In this document: piece by piece, positions 24,975 through 35,555 of the stretch
Layout: every line of letters begins with the position of its first letter
Position numbering within the stretch: position 1 is the stretch's first letter
NCBI GenBank assembly: GCA_048571215.1
Contig: CP182352.1
Span: 512,001 to 576,000 of the forward strand
DNA length: 64,000 nucleotides
Direction of reading: 5' to 3'
Origin: Halarcobacter sp.
GTDB lineage: Bacteria > Campylobacterota > Campylobacteria > Campylobacterales > Arcobacteraceae
Program-made: the position numbers and the translations under genes
The notes under the pieces: generated by a model
Databases searched by the model: none
What the model was told of the DNA's origin: nothing
What the model saw: the letters and a program-made list of their open reading frames with translations, nothing else

Positions 24975-25859
24975 ATGACAAATGATGTCTTATTAGGTGT
25001 AAAGTATATGTTATTTGCCTCTTTTTTATTTGCTTGTATGGGAGCATTTGCAAAAGAGTTAAGTGACTCAATGTCTTCACTTGAAGTTGTTTTTTTTAGA
25101 AATGTATTTGGTGTTGTTCTAATATTAGCATCAATATATAAAAAACCTTTGGTGCAAACAGGTGGAAAATTTTATTTACTTATTTTTCGTGGATTAGCTG
25201 GTTTTACTGCACTGTTGTTCTTTTTTTATAATATTGCAAATATTCCTTTAGGGGAGGCTATGACTTTCTCTAAAACTTCAACAATATTTAGTGCAGTTTT
25301 TGCTTATCTTTTTGTAAAAGAGAAACTAGGCTTTAAGGGTTGGTTTGGAGTTTTTATTGGATTTATAGGGATACTTTTTATCTCAAAATTTGATGGTAGT
25401 GCTTTAGATAAAACAGATTGGTTAGGGATATTATGTGGTGTAGGTGCAGGACTTGCTTATACATCTATTAGGGAACTTAGAAAATATTATGATAGTAGAA
25501 CTATAGTTTTATCATTTATGAGTATAGGAACTATTGGTCCAGTTATATTGATGATAATATCTGAGTTTTATACTAATGAAAAGTTTGATTTTATTTTTTC
25601 AAAGTTTGTTGTTCCCCAAAGTTCTGATTTAGTATTTATTGTCTTATTAGGTTTGGTTGCAACTTTTGCACAAATTTTTATGACAAAAGCATATTCTGTT
25701 GCAAAAGCTGGTATTATTGGTACAATATCTTATGCAAATATTATATTTAGTATAGCAATCGGCTTATTTTTAGGGGATAGCTTACCTGATATGTGGATTG
25801 TTTTAGGTATAATGTTGATTGTTATAAGTGGAATTCTAGTATCAACAAAGAAGGATTAA
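24975..25859 (+). CDS. DMT/EamA-family transporter
   Basis: ~10 TM helices in two EamA repeats. Confidence 0.88.
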   Translation: MTNDVLLGVKYMLFASFLFACMGAFAKELSDSMSSLEVVFFRNVFGVVLILASIYKKPLVQTGGKFYLLIFRGLAGFTALLFFFYNIANIPLGEAMTFSKTSTIFSAVFAYLFVKEKLGFKGWFGVFIGFIGILFISKFDGSALDKTDWLGILCGVGAGLAYTSIRELRKYYDSRTIVLSFMSIGTIGPVILMIISEFYTNEKFDFIFSKFVVPQSSDLVFIVLLGLVATFAQIFMTKAYSVAKAGIIGTISYANIIFSIAIGLFLGDSLPDMWIVLGIMLIVISGILVSTKKD

Positions 25860-25860
25860 G

Positions 25861-27603
25861 ATGGCAATTTTAGCTTTATATTTTGAAGTTATTATTTTGG
25901 TTTTTTCCATAATAATACTTGCTTGGTATGTACATGATAAATATGTACAAAGAGATCATCAGCTTTTGGTTAACTATCCAATAATTGGAAGACTAAGATA
26001 TATTTTTGAAGAGTTTAGAGAACCTTTTAGACAATATTTTGGTGATGAGAAGTTTTATGAATCTAAAGATAAACTTGACTGGGTGTATAAAGCTGCAAGG
26101 GATTTGCCAAACTATGCTTCTTTTTCCCCTTCTCAACCTCTACCTAAACCAAAATTTATGTTAAGACATGCAACCATAGTTTTAAATGAAAATGAGGTTG
26201 ATTCAAACTTTGAAGTAACTTTTGGTGAAAATAGAAAAAAACCGTTTATATCAAAATCTATTATTGCAAGAAGTGCTATGAGTGATGGTTCTATATCTCC
26301 TGAGGGAACAAGAGCCTTTGTAAGAGGTTCTTTTATGGGAGAATTTCCAATAAACTCAGGTGAGGGTGGATTAACATCAAACTTTTTTGTAACACATCAA
26401 AATTATACTAATAAATATATGAAAGTTTATGAGGGAACTGCCTTTCAAAAAAGGATTAAAAATTTAGTTGAATTCTTTTTTAATGGTGCTTTAGCAGCAG
26501 ATGCATATAGAAAACTTATTTTTAAAAATGACCCAGAAGCGGAAACTTATGTATTTGATTTAAAAACACAAGATTTTCATAGACCAGATTGGGATGCCCC
26601 TTTAGAAAACTTTCCAGAAGATGTTCCTGAGGATATGCCAGATATTATTTTACAAATTAGTTCTGGACTTTATTCTGTAAGAACAAAAGATGGTAAATTT
26701 GATCCCGATAGATACCAAAAAGTTATGAGGTTTTGTAAGATGACTGAGCTTAAACTTGCTCAAGGTGCAAAACAAACAGGTGGTAAACTTGTAGCAAGCA
26801 AAGTAAGTCCTGCTATTGCTTATTATAGAAATGTGGAAGCAAATAAAGATCTATTTTCACCAAATAGGTTTCCTTTTGCAAGCTCTGTTGAAGAGTTGTT
26901 TGATTTTATTGGAACCTTACAAGGTTTGTCTGATAAGCCAGTTGGGATTAAGATAGTTATTTCAGATTATGAAAATATTGTTCCCTTTGCAAAAGAGATT
27001 AAAAAAAGAGTTGAAGAGGGGAATGATGCTTATCCTGATTTTATCTCAATAGATGGGGGAAGTGGGGGAAGTGCCACTGCACCAATTGAGATGATGGAGA
27101 GAATTGGACTTAATATTAGAGACTCAATATACTTAGTAAATAAAGTTTTAGAAGATAATGGGGTAAGAGATAAGGTAAAATTAGTTGCTAGTGGAAAACT
27201 ATTAACTCCTGATGATATTATAATTATTATGTCATTAGGTGCTGATTTTGTTCAAATAGCAAGAGGGTTTATGATGAGTGCAGGGTGTATTAGAGCTAGG
27301 TATTGTTCAGGTACGAATGGTCACGATTGTCCTGTGGGACTTGCTACTCAAAATAAAGCAAAAAGAAGAAAATATTTTGTTCATAAACAAGCTAGAAAAG
27401 TTAGGGATTATCATAAAAACTTACTAAAAAGTCTTAAGGGTTTATTAGCAGTTATGGGGCTTAAAAATATTAATCAATTAAATAAACATAGAATAATGTT
27501 TGTGGATAAAGACTCAAAAGTACATGATAATATTGATAAAGTATTTGGAAGAATATTAGATATTGGAAAAGATAGGGAGGATGAATTTCATGAATCTAGA
27601 TAA
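25861..27603 (+). CDS. FMN-binding glutamate synthase family protein
   Basis: SAMS, SGEGG, ELKLAQGAK, DGGSGGSA, ARGFM, GC..A..C....CPVGLATQ. Confidence 0.9.
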   Translation: MAILALYFEVIILVFSIIILAWYVHDKYVQRDHQLLVNYPIIGRLRYIFEEFREPFRQYFGDEKFYESKDKLDWVYKAARDLPNYASFSPSQPLPKPKFMLRHATIVLNENEVDSNFEVTFGENRKKPFISKSIIARSAMSDGSISPEGTRAFVRGSFMGEFPINSGEGGLTSNFFVTHQNYTNKYMKVYEGTAFQKRIKNLVEFFFNGALAADAYRKLIFKNDPEAETYVFDLKTQDFHRPDWDAPLENFPEDVPEDMPDIILQISSGLYSVRTKDGKFDPDRYQKVMRFCKMTELKLAQGAKQTGGKLVASKVSPAIAYYRNVEANKDLFSPNRFPFASSVEELFDFIGTLQGLSDKPVGIKIVISDYENIVPFAKEIKKRVEEGNDAYPDFISIDGGSGGSATAPIEMMERIGLNIRDSIYLVNKVLEDNGVRDKVKLVASGKLLTPDDIIIIMSLGADFVQIARGFMMSAGCIRARYCSGTNGHDCPVGLATQNKAKRRKYFVHKQARKVRDYHKNLLKSLKGLLAVMGLKNINQLNKHRIMFVDKDSKVHDNIDKVFGRILDIGKDREDEFHESR

Positions 27604-27967
27604 GGTTATCTCAGGGTTTTTTATTATTTTAGCAATGACCGTTAACTTTGGTTTTTTTTATGGGGATATTGATTCTTTAGAAGTTCATAGTAAATATGAA
27701 TTGATGGCAGCAATTATTATAAATCTTATAGCAACAATCCTAAAACTTGGGGATAAAACCCAAATGGGTTCTGTACTTTTAGCTACTTCCCTTGTTGCAG
27801 ATATACAGCTAATAGTAGCTGCTTCAATTTGGGCAATTGCTTATTATGCTTTTGTTATAGATAGTGAGATAATAGCTATTATAATATCATTATCAGGGGG
27901 AGCATTTTTAGCAAACCTAATTTCTGTTATCTTATATGTAGGTGATACCTTAAAGTCTAAAAGATAG
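27590..27967 (+). CDS. Small multi-TM membrane protein (DUF6394-like)
   Basis: GGAGG RBS 9 nt before ATG 27590; four hydrophobic segments; precedes a K+ channel gene. Confidence 0.7.
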   Translation: MNLDKVISGFFIILAMTVNFGFFYGDIDSLEVHSKYELMAAIIINLIATILKLGDKTQMGSVLLATSLVADIQLIVAASIWAIAYYAFVIDSEIIAIIISLSGGAFLANLISVILYVGDTLKSKR

Positions 27968-27977
27968 TTGGAAACAC

Positions 27978-29669
27978 ATGGATAACGGCTTTTTATTTAT
28001 TGTACTTCAAAGGATGAGAAAACCTTTTTTGGTTATCATCCTTACGTACACTATCGCAATAATTGGTTTTTTGATTATAAAAGGGGTTGACAACAATGGA
28101 AACCCTTATCAATTAACAATTTTTGATGCCTTTTATTTTGTAACTTATACTGCTACTACAATTGGTTTTGGTGAACTACCTTTTGAGTTTACTTATGCTC
28201 AAAGAATATGGGCTTCTTTTTCTATTTATCTTACTGTTTTAGGGTGGTTTTATGGTATTGGTACCCTTGTATCTTTACTTCAAAACAAGTTGTTTTTAAA
28301 GGAGATTGAAAAATCAAGATTTAGAAGACAGGTAAAAAACTTAAAACAAAAATTTATAATCATACTGGGATATAATCAAATTACAAGTGAGATAATAAAT
28401 AGAACCCTAGAACAAGGTTTAAGGGCTGTTGTTATAGAAAAAGATGAAGATAAAGTAAATGAGCTTCTTTTAGAAAACTTTACTCCTACAGTTCCTGTTT
28501 TATTAGCAGATGTGCACTCTGCTTTAGCATTGAAAGAAGCTGGGATCAAAAAGTATAATTGTAAGGGTTTAGTATCGATATTTGAAGATGAATCCTTAAA
28601 CTTGCGAATAGCATTAACCTCAAAGTTATTAAACAAAAATGTTAAATTAGCAGTAAAATCAACAAGAATAAACCATACAGAAAATCTAAAAGATTTAGAT
28701 GTTGAGATTATCGCAAACCCTTTTTCTATAATCTCAAGTGAGATAACTATGGCACTAAATGCTCCAAATTTGTTAAAAATAGAGAAATGGATTTATCAAA
28801 TTGATGATTTGACTGGAAAACTTCCCTCTTTTCCTAAGGGGAAATATATAGTTTGTGGATATGGAAGAATGGGGCATCATATTTTTGAAAGAATAAAAGA
28901 CAATGATATAGAAGCTCATTTTATTGAGATAAATAAAGCAAAAGTTAGTAGATTTGAAACATATAAAGGTATGTCTATAACCTATGGAGATGCTGATGAC
29001 AAGGATATTTTACTTGAGGTTGGGGTTTTAGATGCAGTTGCTATTATATCCGCAACAAACAATGATACAACAAATCTATCTATTTTGGCAACAGCAAAAA
29101 AACTAAATCCAAATATTATGACAATTGTTAGAGAAAATGAGATGGATGATTTTTCTGTTTTCAAAAATGCAAAAGTAGATCATGTTTTTATGCCTTCAAG
29201 GATCTTGATAAATAAAACCACAAATGCTATGATAAGCCCTTTGTCAGATAGATTTATAAAAATGAGTGCAAAACAAAATGAGTTGTGGGGATCAAGACTT
29301 GTTAAAGATTTGGTTTCAACAATAGATGAAAATCCACTTTTATATGAGCTAAAAATTGATAAAAATATGGCACCGCAGATTTTTAATGCACTTGAAAACA
29401 CAAATGAGATAAAATTAGAACTATTTAGTCGTTCTTTATATAATAGGGAACAAAATAACAATGTAATACCTCTTCTTTTGAAAAAAGAGGATAGAAATAT
29501 TTTATTGCCTAGTGGTGATGAGGTATTGAGTATAAATGATGAGATACTTTTTGCTTGTGATGAAAATGGAAAAAATGATATAGAATATATTTCACAAAAT
29601 ATATATGAGTTTCATTATGCATATACAGGAAAAGAGAAAGAAACAATATTTTTTAGGAAAAACAAATGA
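27978..29669 (+). CDS. Potassium channel with two TrkA-N (RCK) domains
   Basis: TATTIGFGE selectivity filter; ILGYNQ and VCGYGRMG RCK motifs. Confidence 0.88.
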   Translation: MDNGFLFIVLQRMRKPFLVIILTYTIAIIGFLIIKGVDNNGNPYQLTIFDAFYFVTYTATTIGFGELPFEFTYAQRIWASFSIYLTVLGWFYGIGTLVSLLQNKLFLKEIEKSRFRRQVKNLKQKFIIILGYNQITSEIINRTLEQGLRAVVIEKDEDKVNELLLENFTPTVPVLLADVHSALALKEAGIKKYNCKGLVSIFEDESLNLRIALTSKLLNKNVKLAVKSTRINHTENLKDLDVEIIANPFSIISSEITMALNAPNLLKIEKWIYQIDDLTGKLPSFPKGKYIVCGYGRMGHHIFERIKDNDIEAHFIEINKAKVSRFETYKGMSITYGDADDKDILLEVGVLDAVAIISATNNDTTNLSILATAKKLNPNIMTIVRENEMDDFSVFKNAKVDHVFMPSRILINKTTNAMISPLSDRFIKMSAKQNELWGSRLVKDLVSTIDENPLLYELKIDKNMAPQIFNALENTNEIKLELFSRSLYNREQNNNVIPLLLKKEDRNILLPSGDEVLSINDEILFACDENGKNDIEYISQNIYEFHYAYTGKEKETIFFRKNK

Positions 29670-30469
29670 TAATATTAACAGGACCTTGCGTTTTAGAAGA
29701 TAGAGATACTGTGATGAAAATCGCAGAAAAATTAAAACCACTTAGTGAAGATAAAAGAGTAGAATTCTATTTTAAAGCCTCTTTTGACAAAGCAAATAGA
29801 ACAAGTCTAAGTTCATATAGAGGACCTGGATTAGAAGAGGGTTTAAAGCTTTTTGAAGAGGTAAAAAAAGAGTTCGGATATAAGGTTATAACAGATATTC
29901 ACGAATCAAACCAAGCAGCCCCTGCAGCAGAGGTTGTTGATATCTTACAAATACCAGCATTTTTGTGTAGACAAACGGATTTACTAGTAGCAGCTGCAAA
30001 AACAAACGCTGTAGTAAATATCAAAAAAGGGCAGTTTTTGGCAGCTGATTCTATGAAACATCCCGTTGAAAAAGTTTTAAAAACTAGAGGTTTTGATGAG
30101 GTAAACTACGAAACTTCAAAAAAAGGTGGTGTTTGGCTTTGTGAGAGAGGAAATGTATTTGGATATGGAGCTTTAGTTGTAGATATGAAAAACTTAATCT
30201 CTATGAGAGAGTATGCCCCTGTAATATTTGATGCAACCCACTCAGCACAAGTACCAAGTACAGGTGGAACTACAGGTGGAAACGCTGCTATTGTTCCAAG
30301 TTTGGCAAAAGCAGCCGCAGCTGTAGGAGTTGATGGCTTCTTCTTTGAAACTCATACCGATCCAAGTGTTGCAAAAAGTGATGGTCCTAATATGGTTCAA
30401 GTAGATCAATTATACAAAGTGATAAATGACCTTTTTGCTATAAAAGAGGCATTGGGATACGATAACTAA
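29666..30469 (+). CDS. kdsA: KDO-8-phosphate synthase
   Basis: GPCV, KASFDKANRTS, QIPAFLCRQTDL, KKGQF, DATHS, SDGPN. Confidence 0.97.
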   Translation: MIILTGPCVLEDRDTVMKIAEKLKPLSEDKRVEFYFKASFDKANRTSLSSYRGPGLEEGLKLFEEVKKEFGYKVITDIHESNQAAPAAEVVDILQIPAFLCRQTDLLVAAAKTNAVVNIKKGQFLAADSMKHPVEKVLKTRGFDEVNYETSKKGGVWLCERGNVFGYGALVVDMKNLISMREYAPVIFDATHSAQVPSTGGTTGGNAAIVPSLAKAAAAVGVDGFFFETHTDPSVAKSDGPNMVQVDQLYKVINDLFAIKEALGYDN

Positions 30470-30518
30470 ACTATCCTAACTCACCTACTGCACCTATTTG
30501 GTGCTAAATATACCCTCT

Positions 30519-30552
30519 AAGTCATCTAAAAAATCTATACTTTAGATGACTT
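30519..30552. terminator. Inverted repeat after kdsA (probable terminator, left island boundary)
   Basis: Perfect 12-bp IR aagtcatctaaa / tttagatgactt. Confidence 0.55.
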
Positions 30553-30840
30553 TAAAATTTACTTCTTATATAAAAAATAATATCTCACTTCATACTATAA
30601 AAATAAATAAATCATAATAAATAACATAATGTGACACAAATGTGACGGTTTTTTTGTAGAATAAAATAAAAAAGTAGTTTTAAGGTATTTATGGAGATTT
30701 ATTTATTTTATTTATATTTAATAAAAAGTTACAATTTGTTAACAAAAGAGAATAAATTGCAAATAAAAGTGTTCATATAAATTATATATAATGTTATATA
30801 TGTATAATTACACCAATTATAATTATTTTAAAGTAGATAT

Positions 30841-32145
30841 ATGTTTATTAAGAGATTTTTTATCATTATTTTATATTATTATTTTTTAAGTTCTTTGCAT
30901 GCAATAGACTTTGAAACACTTCATAAGTATGCATTAGAGAATTCAAATTTTTTAAAAATTGCAAAACTTGATGTTGATATTTCAAAAACTCAATTGGATT
31001 ATATTTCATCTGAAAAATATCCAACTTTTAGTGTTGGCTTAAGTAGTGAACGATCTAAGGGTTTAAATAGTGATTTAAATGATACTTTTTATGTGGGAGA
31101 TAATAGTGTATCTCAATCAACTTTATATAAAACATATTCATACTTTTCTTTAACATATAGTATATTTGATTTTGGTAGATTGGATAACAAGATAAAAGTA
31201 CAAGAGTATGATATAGAAACTAAAAAAAATGAATATTGTATAAAACAAAATGAGATCTCTCAAAAGCTTTTAGAAACTTACTATAAAACAAAAATTACTC
31301 AAATAAAACAAAAATATTTACAAAAAGTACTAAAATATAATAGTGACCTTTATGAATATTATAAAAGATTAAATGAAATTGGAAACATCCAAAAGATGGA
31401 TGTGGTATCAAATGCAATTCAAGTAGCAAATCTATATAATGATTTAAATAATGTAGAAATTAATCTTGTTGAGAATTTGGAAAACTTATCAAATATTAGT
31501 AATTATACTTTTAATAAAAATAGTAAACTTGATTCTTTATCTGTATCAAAAGAGTCTACTGATAAAAGTTTTGAAGATACTAATTTAGCAAAAAAATATC
31601 AAAATGAGATAAGACAAAAACAATTTGAATTAGAATATATTCAAGCTCAATATTATCCTCAAATAAACTTTTTTGGGAAATATGATTTTTATGGATTCAA
31701 TCAAAATAACTTTGCAAGTACTTTAGATAATTTTGAAGAAAATAGTTATAAATATGGTTTAAATATCTCTTGGACTATTTTTGATGGTTTTAGAATAAAA
31801 GCACAAGAGAAAAAAGCAATGCAAGAACTTACTCAGCTAAAATTAAAATATCAACAAGCAAAGAAAGATTTTATAACCCAATTAAATCTTTTAAATAAAA
31901 CTCATAAGTTTTATTCAAAAATTATGCAACAAAATGCAAAAACAGTAAAACTATCAAATTCAAATGTAGATATGGCATTGAGACTTAATAGTATAGGAGA
32001 GATTGATAAATCTATTGAGATTAATTTATTGATAAAAAAATTATATTCAGAATCAGAATATAAGCAAGCTCAAGAAACTATTGCATATAAGATTATGAAG
32101 AGGAATATTATGTTAAATAAAGGTTTAGAATGTATAGTGCACTAG
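30841..32145 (+). CDS. TolC-family outer membrane protein of the T1SS
   Basis: Signal peptide; YPT..., IFDFG and IFDGF OEP repeats; overlaps the ABC transporter start. Confidence 0.88.
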   Translation: MFIKRFFIIILYYYFLSSLHAIDFETLHKYALENSNFLKIAKLDVDISKTQLDYISSEKYPTFSVGLSSERSKGLNSDLNDTFYVGDNSVSQSTLYKTYSYFSLTYSIFDFGRLDNKIKVQEYDIETKKNEYCIKQNEISQKLLETYYKTKITQIKQKYLQKVLKYNSDLYEYYKRLNEIGNIQKMDVVSNAIQVANLYNDLNNVEINLVENLENLSNISNYTFNKNSKLDSLSVSKESTDKSFEDTNLAKKYQNEIRQKQFELEYIQAQYYPQINFFGKYDFYGFNQNNFASTLDNFEENSYKYGLNISWTIFDGFRIKAQEKKAMQELTQLKLKYQQAKKDFITQLNLLNKTHKFYSKIMQQNAKTVKLSNSNVDMALRLNSIGEIDKSIEINLLIKKLYSESEYKQAQETIAYKIMKRNIMLNKGLECIVH

Positions 32146-34226
32146 TTGCTTTAGAAGTAGTAGGACAGTTAAATAAAATAGCAGTTGATTCAAAAGCTAT
32201 AGTAAAAAGACATGCTTTAACTAATGATGAACCAGATATAAGACAACTAATACGTATAGCAAAAGAGGAAGGATTTAAAGCAAAACTAAAAAGACTAACT
32301 TTAGAAAATCTTGAAAAATATCCTCTTCCTGCAATAGCTCAATTTAATTCAAAAAAATATGTAACAATACTGAAAATAGATAAAGAAAAAGATGAACTTC
32401 TTTTATATGATAAAGAAAATAATCAACCTTATATAAAAAAGTTTGATGAGTTTAAAAATGAAGTAAATAATGAAATCATAATATTAAAACATAAAACTTT
32501 TAACGAACAAATAAGATTTGGTTTTATGTGGTTTTATAAACAAATAATGAATTATAAAAAAATAGTAGGTGAGATATTACTTGCTTCCTTTGTAATACAA
32601 CTATTTGGACTTGTTGTTCCATTATTTACCCAAGTTATATTAGATAAAGTACTTGTACATCAAAGTTTAAGTACTCTAAATGTCATTGCAGTTGCTTTTA
32701 TGGCGGTTATAATTTTTGAACTTCTTTTAAATCTGGTTCGAAACTATATATTTATACATACAACTTCAAAAATAGATGCAAGGCTTGGTTCTAAACTCTT
32801 TTTCCATCTAATTTCACTTCCACTTGTGTACTTTGAACATAGAAAAGTGGGAAATATTATTGCAAGAGTAAGAGAACTTGACCAAATAAGAGAATTTATA
32901 GCAAATAAATCTGTAACAGTTATATTAGATGTATTATTCTCCTTTGTATTTGTGATAATGATGTTTATATATAGTGTAAAATTAGCTTTTATTGCTATAG
33001 GTTTTGTATCAATTATTTCACTGCTTTATTTTTTTATAACTCCAGAGCTTAGACGAAGACTAGAAGAGAAATTTCAAATGGGAGCTGCTTCAAACTCATA
33101 TTTAGTTGAATCTGTAACTGGCATGCAAACTGTTAAGTCTTTAGCTATCGAAGGAAGTATGCAAAAAAGATGGGAAGATAACCTTGCAAACTATGTTCAA
33201 TCAGGATTTAAACTAACAAACCTTTCAAATAATTTATCGGGCTTTACAACTATGTTTCAAAAGTTAATGACCTTATCTATTCTATATTTTGGAGTAGATT
33301 TAGTAATAGGTCAGCAACTTAGTGTTGGTCAGCTTATTGCTTTTCAAATGTTTGCAAATCAATTCTCAGGACCAATTATAAGATTAGTTGGACTTTGGAA
33401 TGAATTTCAACAAACTTTATTATCAGTAGATAGATTAGGTGATATATTAAATACCCCAACAGAAAATGTAAATAAAAAAGCAATAAGCCTACCAAAACTT
33501 CATGGAGAGGTAAGATTTGAAGATATTTGCTTTCAATACAATCCAAATTCTCCACAGGTACTAAATAATTTTACACTAAAAGTTAATCCTGGTGAAAGTG
33601 TAGGCTTAGTTGGACGTAGTGGAAGCGGGAAAAGTACATTGACAAAATTGATACAAAGATTATATATAGCTTCAAAAGGAGCAATATATATAGATGGTGT
33701 TGATATAAGACATATGAATCCCGTATGGCTTAGACAAAATATTGGGGTAGTGCTTCAAGATAACTATCTATTTAGTGGAAGTATAAAAGAGAATATTGAA
33801 TATGCTATGCCAGGAGCTCCTATAGAGAGAATAATTCAAGTATCAAAGATAGCAGGTGCAGATGAATTTATCTCAGAACTTCCTGAAGGTTACGATACTT
33901 TAGTAGGAGAAAGAGGTTCTTCCCTTTCAGGTGGTCAAAAACAAAGAGTCGCAATAGCAAGAGCACTTTTATCAAATCCAAAAATTCTAATCTTTGATGA
34001 AGCAACTTCGGCACTTGATTATGAATCAGAAAAAATTATCCAAAACAATATGCAAAATATAAAAAAAGGTAGAACTATGTTTGTTGTTGCACATAGACTT
34101 TCTACTGTAAAAGATTGTGACAAAATAGTTGTGATGGATAAAGGAAATATAGTAGAGCTTGGAAATCATGATGAGCTTATGAATAAAAAAGCTTACTACT
34201 ATAACTTATATGTTAGTCAAGGTTAA
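32130..34226 (+). CDS. hlyB: T1SS ABC transporter (HlyB/RtxB type) with a Cys-less C39-like domain
   Basis: PLFTQVILDKVLVH, GRSGSGKST, LSGGQKQR, IFDEATSALD. Confidence 0.95.
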   Translation: MYSALVALEVVGQLNKIAVDSKAIVKRHALTNDEPDIRQLIRIAKEEGFKAKLKRLTLENLEKYPLPAIAQFNSKKYVTILKIDKEKDELLLYDKENNQPYIKKFDEFKNEVNNEIIILKHKTFNEQIRFGFMWFYKQIMNYKKIVGEILLASFVIQLFGLVVPLFTQVILDKVLVHQSLSTLNVIAVAFMAVIIFELLLNLVRNYIFIHTTSKIDARLGSKLFFHLISLPLVYFEHRKVGNIIARVRELDQIREFIANKSVTVILDVLFSFVFVIMMFIYSVKLAFIAIGFVSIISLLYFFITPELRRRLEEKFQMGAASNSYLVESVTGMQTVKSLAIEGSMQKRWEDNLANYVQSGFKLTNLSNNLSGFTTMFQKLMTLSILYFGVDLVIGQQLSVGQLIAFQMFANQFSGPIIRLVGLWNEFQQTLLSVDRLGDILNTPTENVNKKAISLPKLHGEVRFEDICFQYNPNSPQVLNNFTLKVNPGESVGLVGRSGSGKSTLTKLIQRLYIASKGAIYIDGVDIRHMNPVWLRQNIGVVLQDNYLFSGSIKENIEYAMPGAPIERIIQVSKIAGADEFISELPEGYDTLVGERGSSLSGGQKQRVAIARALLSNPKILIFDEATSALDYESEKIIQNNMQNIKKGRTMFVVAHRLSTVKDCDKIVVMDKGNIVELGNHDELMNKKAYYYNLYVSQG

Positions 34227-34229
34227 AGT

Positions 34230-35552
34230 ATGATGTTAAAAAAGATATTTAAAAAAGAAAAAATAAAAGATATACATGAATTTCATCCTTTAATAGTTGA
34301 AATAGAAGATAGACCTATAAATCCAGTAGGAAGAACTATACTTTGGATTGTATTTGCTATTATCTTCTTTGGGATAGCATGGTTAGTTTTTGCAAAAGTT
34401 GATGTGGTAGTTAGTGCTAGAGGAAAAGTGATCCCAACAGGGGAGATAAAAATTCTTCAACCAATAGAAACAGGAGTTATCTCTAAAATACTTATTAAAG
34501 AAGGGGATTATGTAAAAAAGGGTCAAGTTCTAATGCAAATAGACCCAAGTGTTACCCAAACAAGTTTAGACTCCAAACAAAAAGATTTAGAAGTTTTAAA
34601 CTTACAAATACAAAGATTAGAAGCACTTATTCAAGATAAACCTTTGATTATGAAAGATAGTTCTTTGGAAGGTTTAGAACAACAAAGGGTTTATACTATT
34701 CAAAAAGATTCCCTAGAAGAGGGAATTTTAAGATATGATATGAAACTTTCTCAAGCAAATTCTCAATACCAATCTTCTTTATCAGAAAAAATGAGACTAT
34801 CTTCACTTTTAGATAAAGACTTACAAAGAGCAAAAAAATTAGAATCAGTTTTAGATATCATCGCAAGAAAAGATTATGATGAACTCCAAAAAAATATAGG
34901 TAACTTAGAAGAACAAGTAAATATTGCAAGATTTAAGATTAATGAAACTTCAAAAAGAATAAGTGAACTAAAAAAAGAGAAACTATCTTTTATAAATGAG
35001 TTTAAAGATAATAAATATCAAGAATTGTTGAGTTTAAAAAAAGAGCTAAGAACCTTAGAATCTCAAATAAATGCAATAAACTTCCAAAACCAAAAACAAG
35101 CAATAGTATCACCAGAAGATGGATATGTAGCAAAACTGATGATAAACACTGTAGGAGGAGTAGTAACCCCAGCAGAAAAACTAATCTCAATAGTCCCAAA
35201 AGACTCTCCTCTTATAGTAAAAGCAAATGTGCTAAATCAAGACATAGGATTTATAAAAAAAGGAATGGAGAGTAAAATCAAGATAGATACCTTTAACTTT
35301 CAAAAATATGGCTTCTTTGAAGGAAATGTAATAAATATAGGAAACTTTTCGATAGATGATGAAAAACTAGGAGCTATCTATGAAGTAAAAATCAAACCAA
35401 ATGGAAAAAGACTTTTAGTAGAAGGCAAAAAAAGATATCTAGAAGCAGGTATGAGTGTAACAGCCGAGATAAAAGTTGGTAAAAGACGTGTGATTGAGTT
35501 TTTTATCTATCCTATCATCAAGTATCTTGATGAAGGTTTGAGTGTGAGGTAA
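34230..35552 (+). CDS. hlyD: T1SS membrane fusion protein (HlyD family)
   Basis: N-terminal TM, VKKGQVL, SPEDGYV, GMSVTAEIKVGKRRVIEF. Confidence 0.95.
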   Translation: MMLKKIFKKEKIKDIHEFHPLIVEIEDRPINPVGRTILWIVFAIIFFGIAWLVFAKVDVVVSARGKVIPTGEIKILQPIETGVISKILIKEGDYVKKGQVLMQIDPSVTQTSLDSKQKDLEVLNLQIQRLEALIQDKPLIMKDSSLEGLEQQRVYTIQKDSLEEGILRYDMKLSQANSQYQSSLSEKMRLSSLLDKDLQRAKKLESVLDIIARKDYDELQKNIGNLEEQVNIARFKINETSKRISELKKEKLSFINEFKDNKYQELLSLKKELRTLESQINAINFQNQKQAIVSPEDGYVAKLMINTVGGVVTPAEKLISIVPKDSPLIVKANVLNQDIGFIKKGMESKIKIDTFNFQKYGFFEGNVINIGNFSIDDEKLGAIYEVKIKPNGKRLLVEGKKRYLEAGMSVTAEIKVGKRRVIEFFIYPIIKYLDEGLSVR

Positions 35553-35555
35553 AAG

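Noticed and set aside
32130..32520. C39 peptidase suggesting bacteriocin leader processing
   Set aside because: The catalytic Cys/His are not present; this is the usual inactive C39-like domain of RTX exporters
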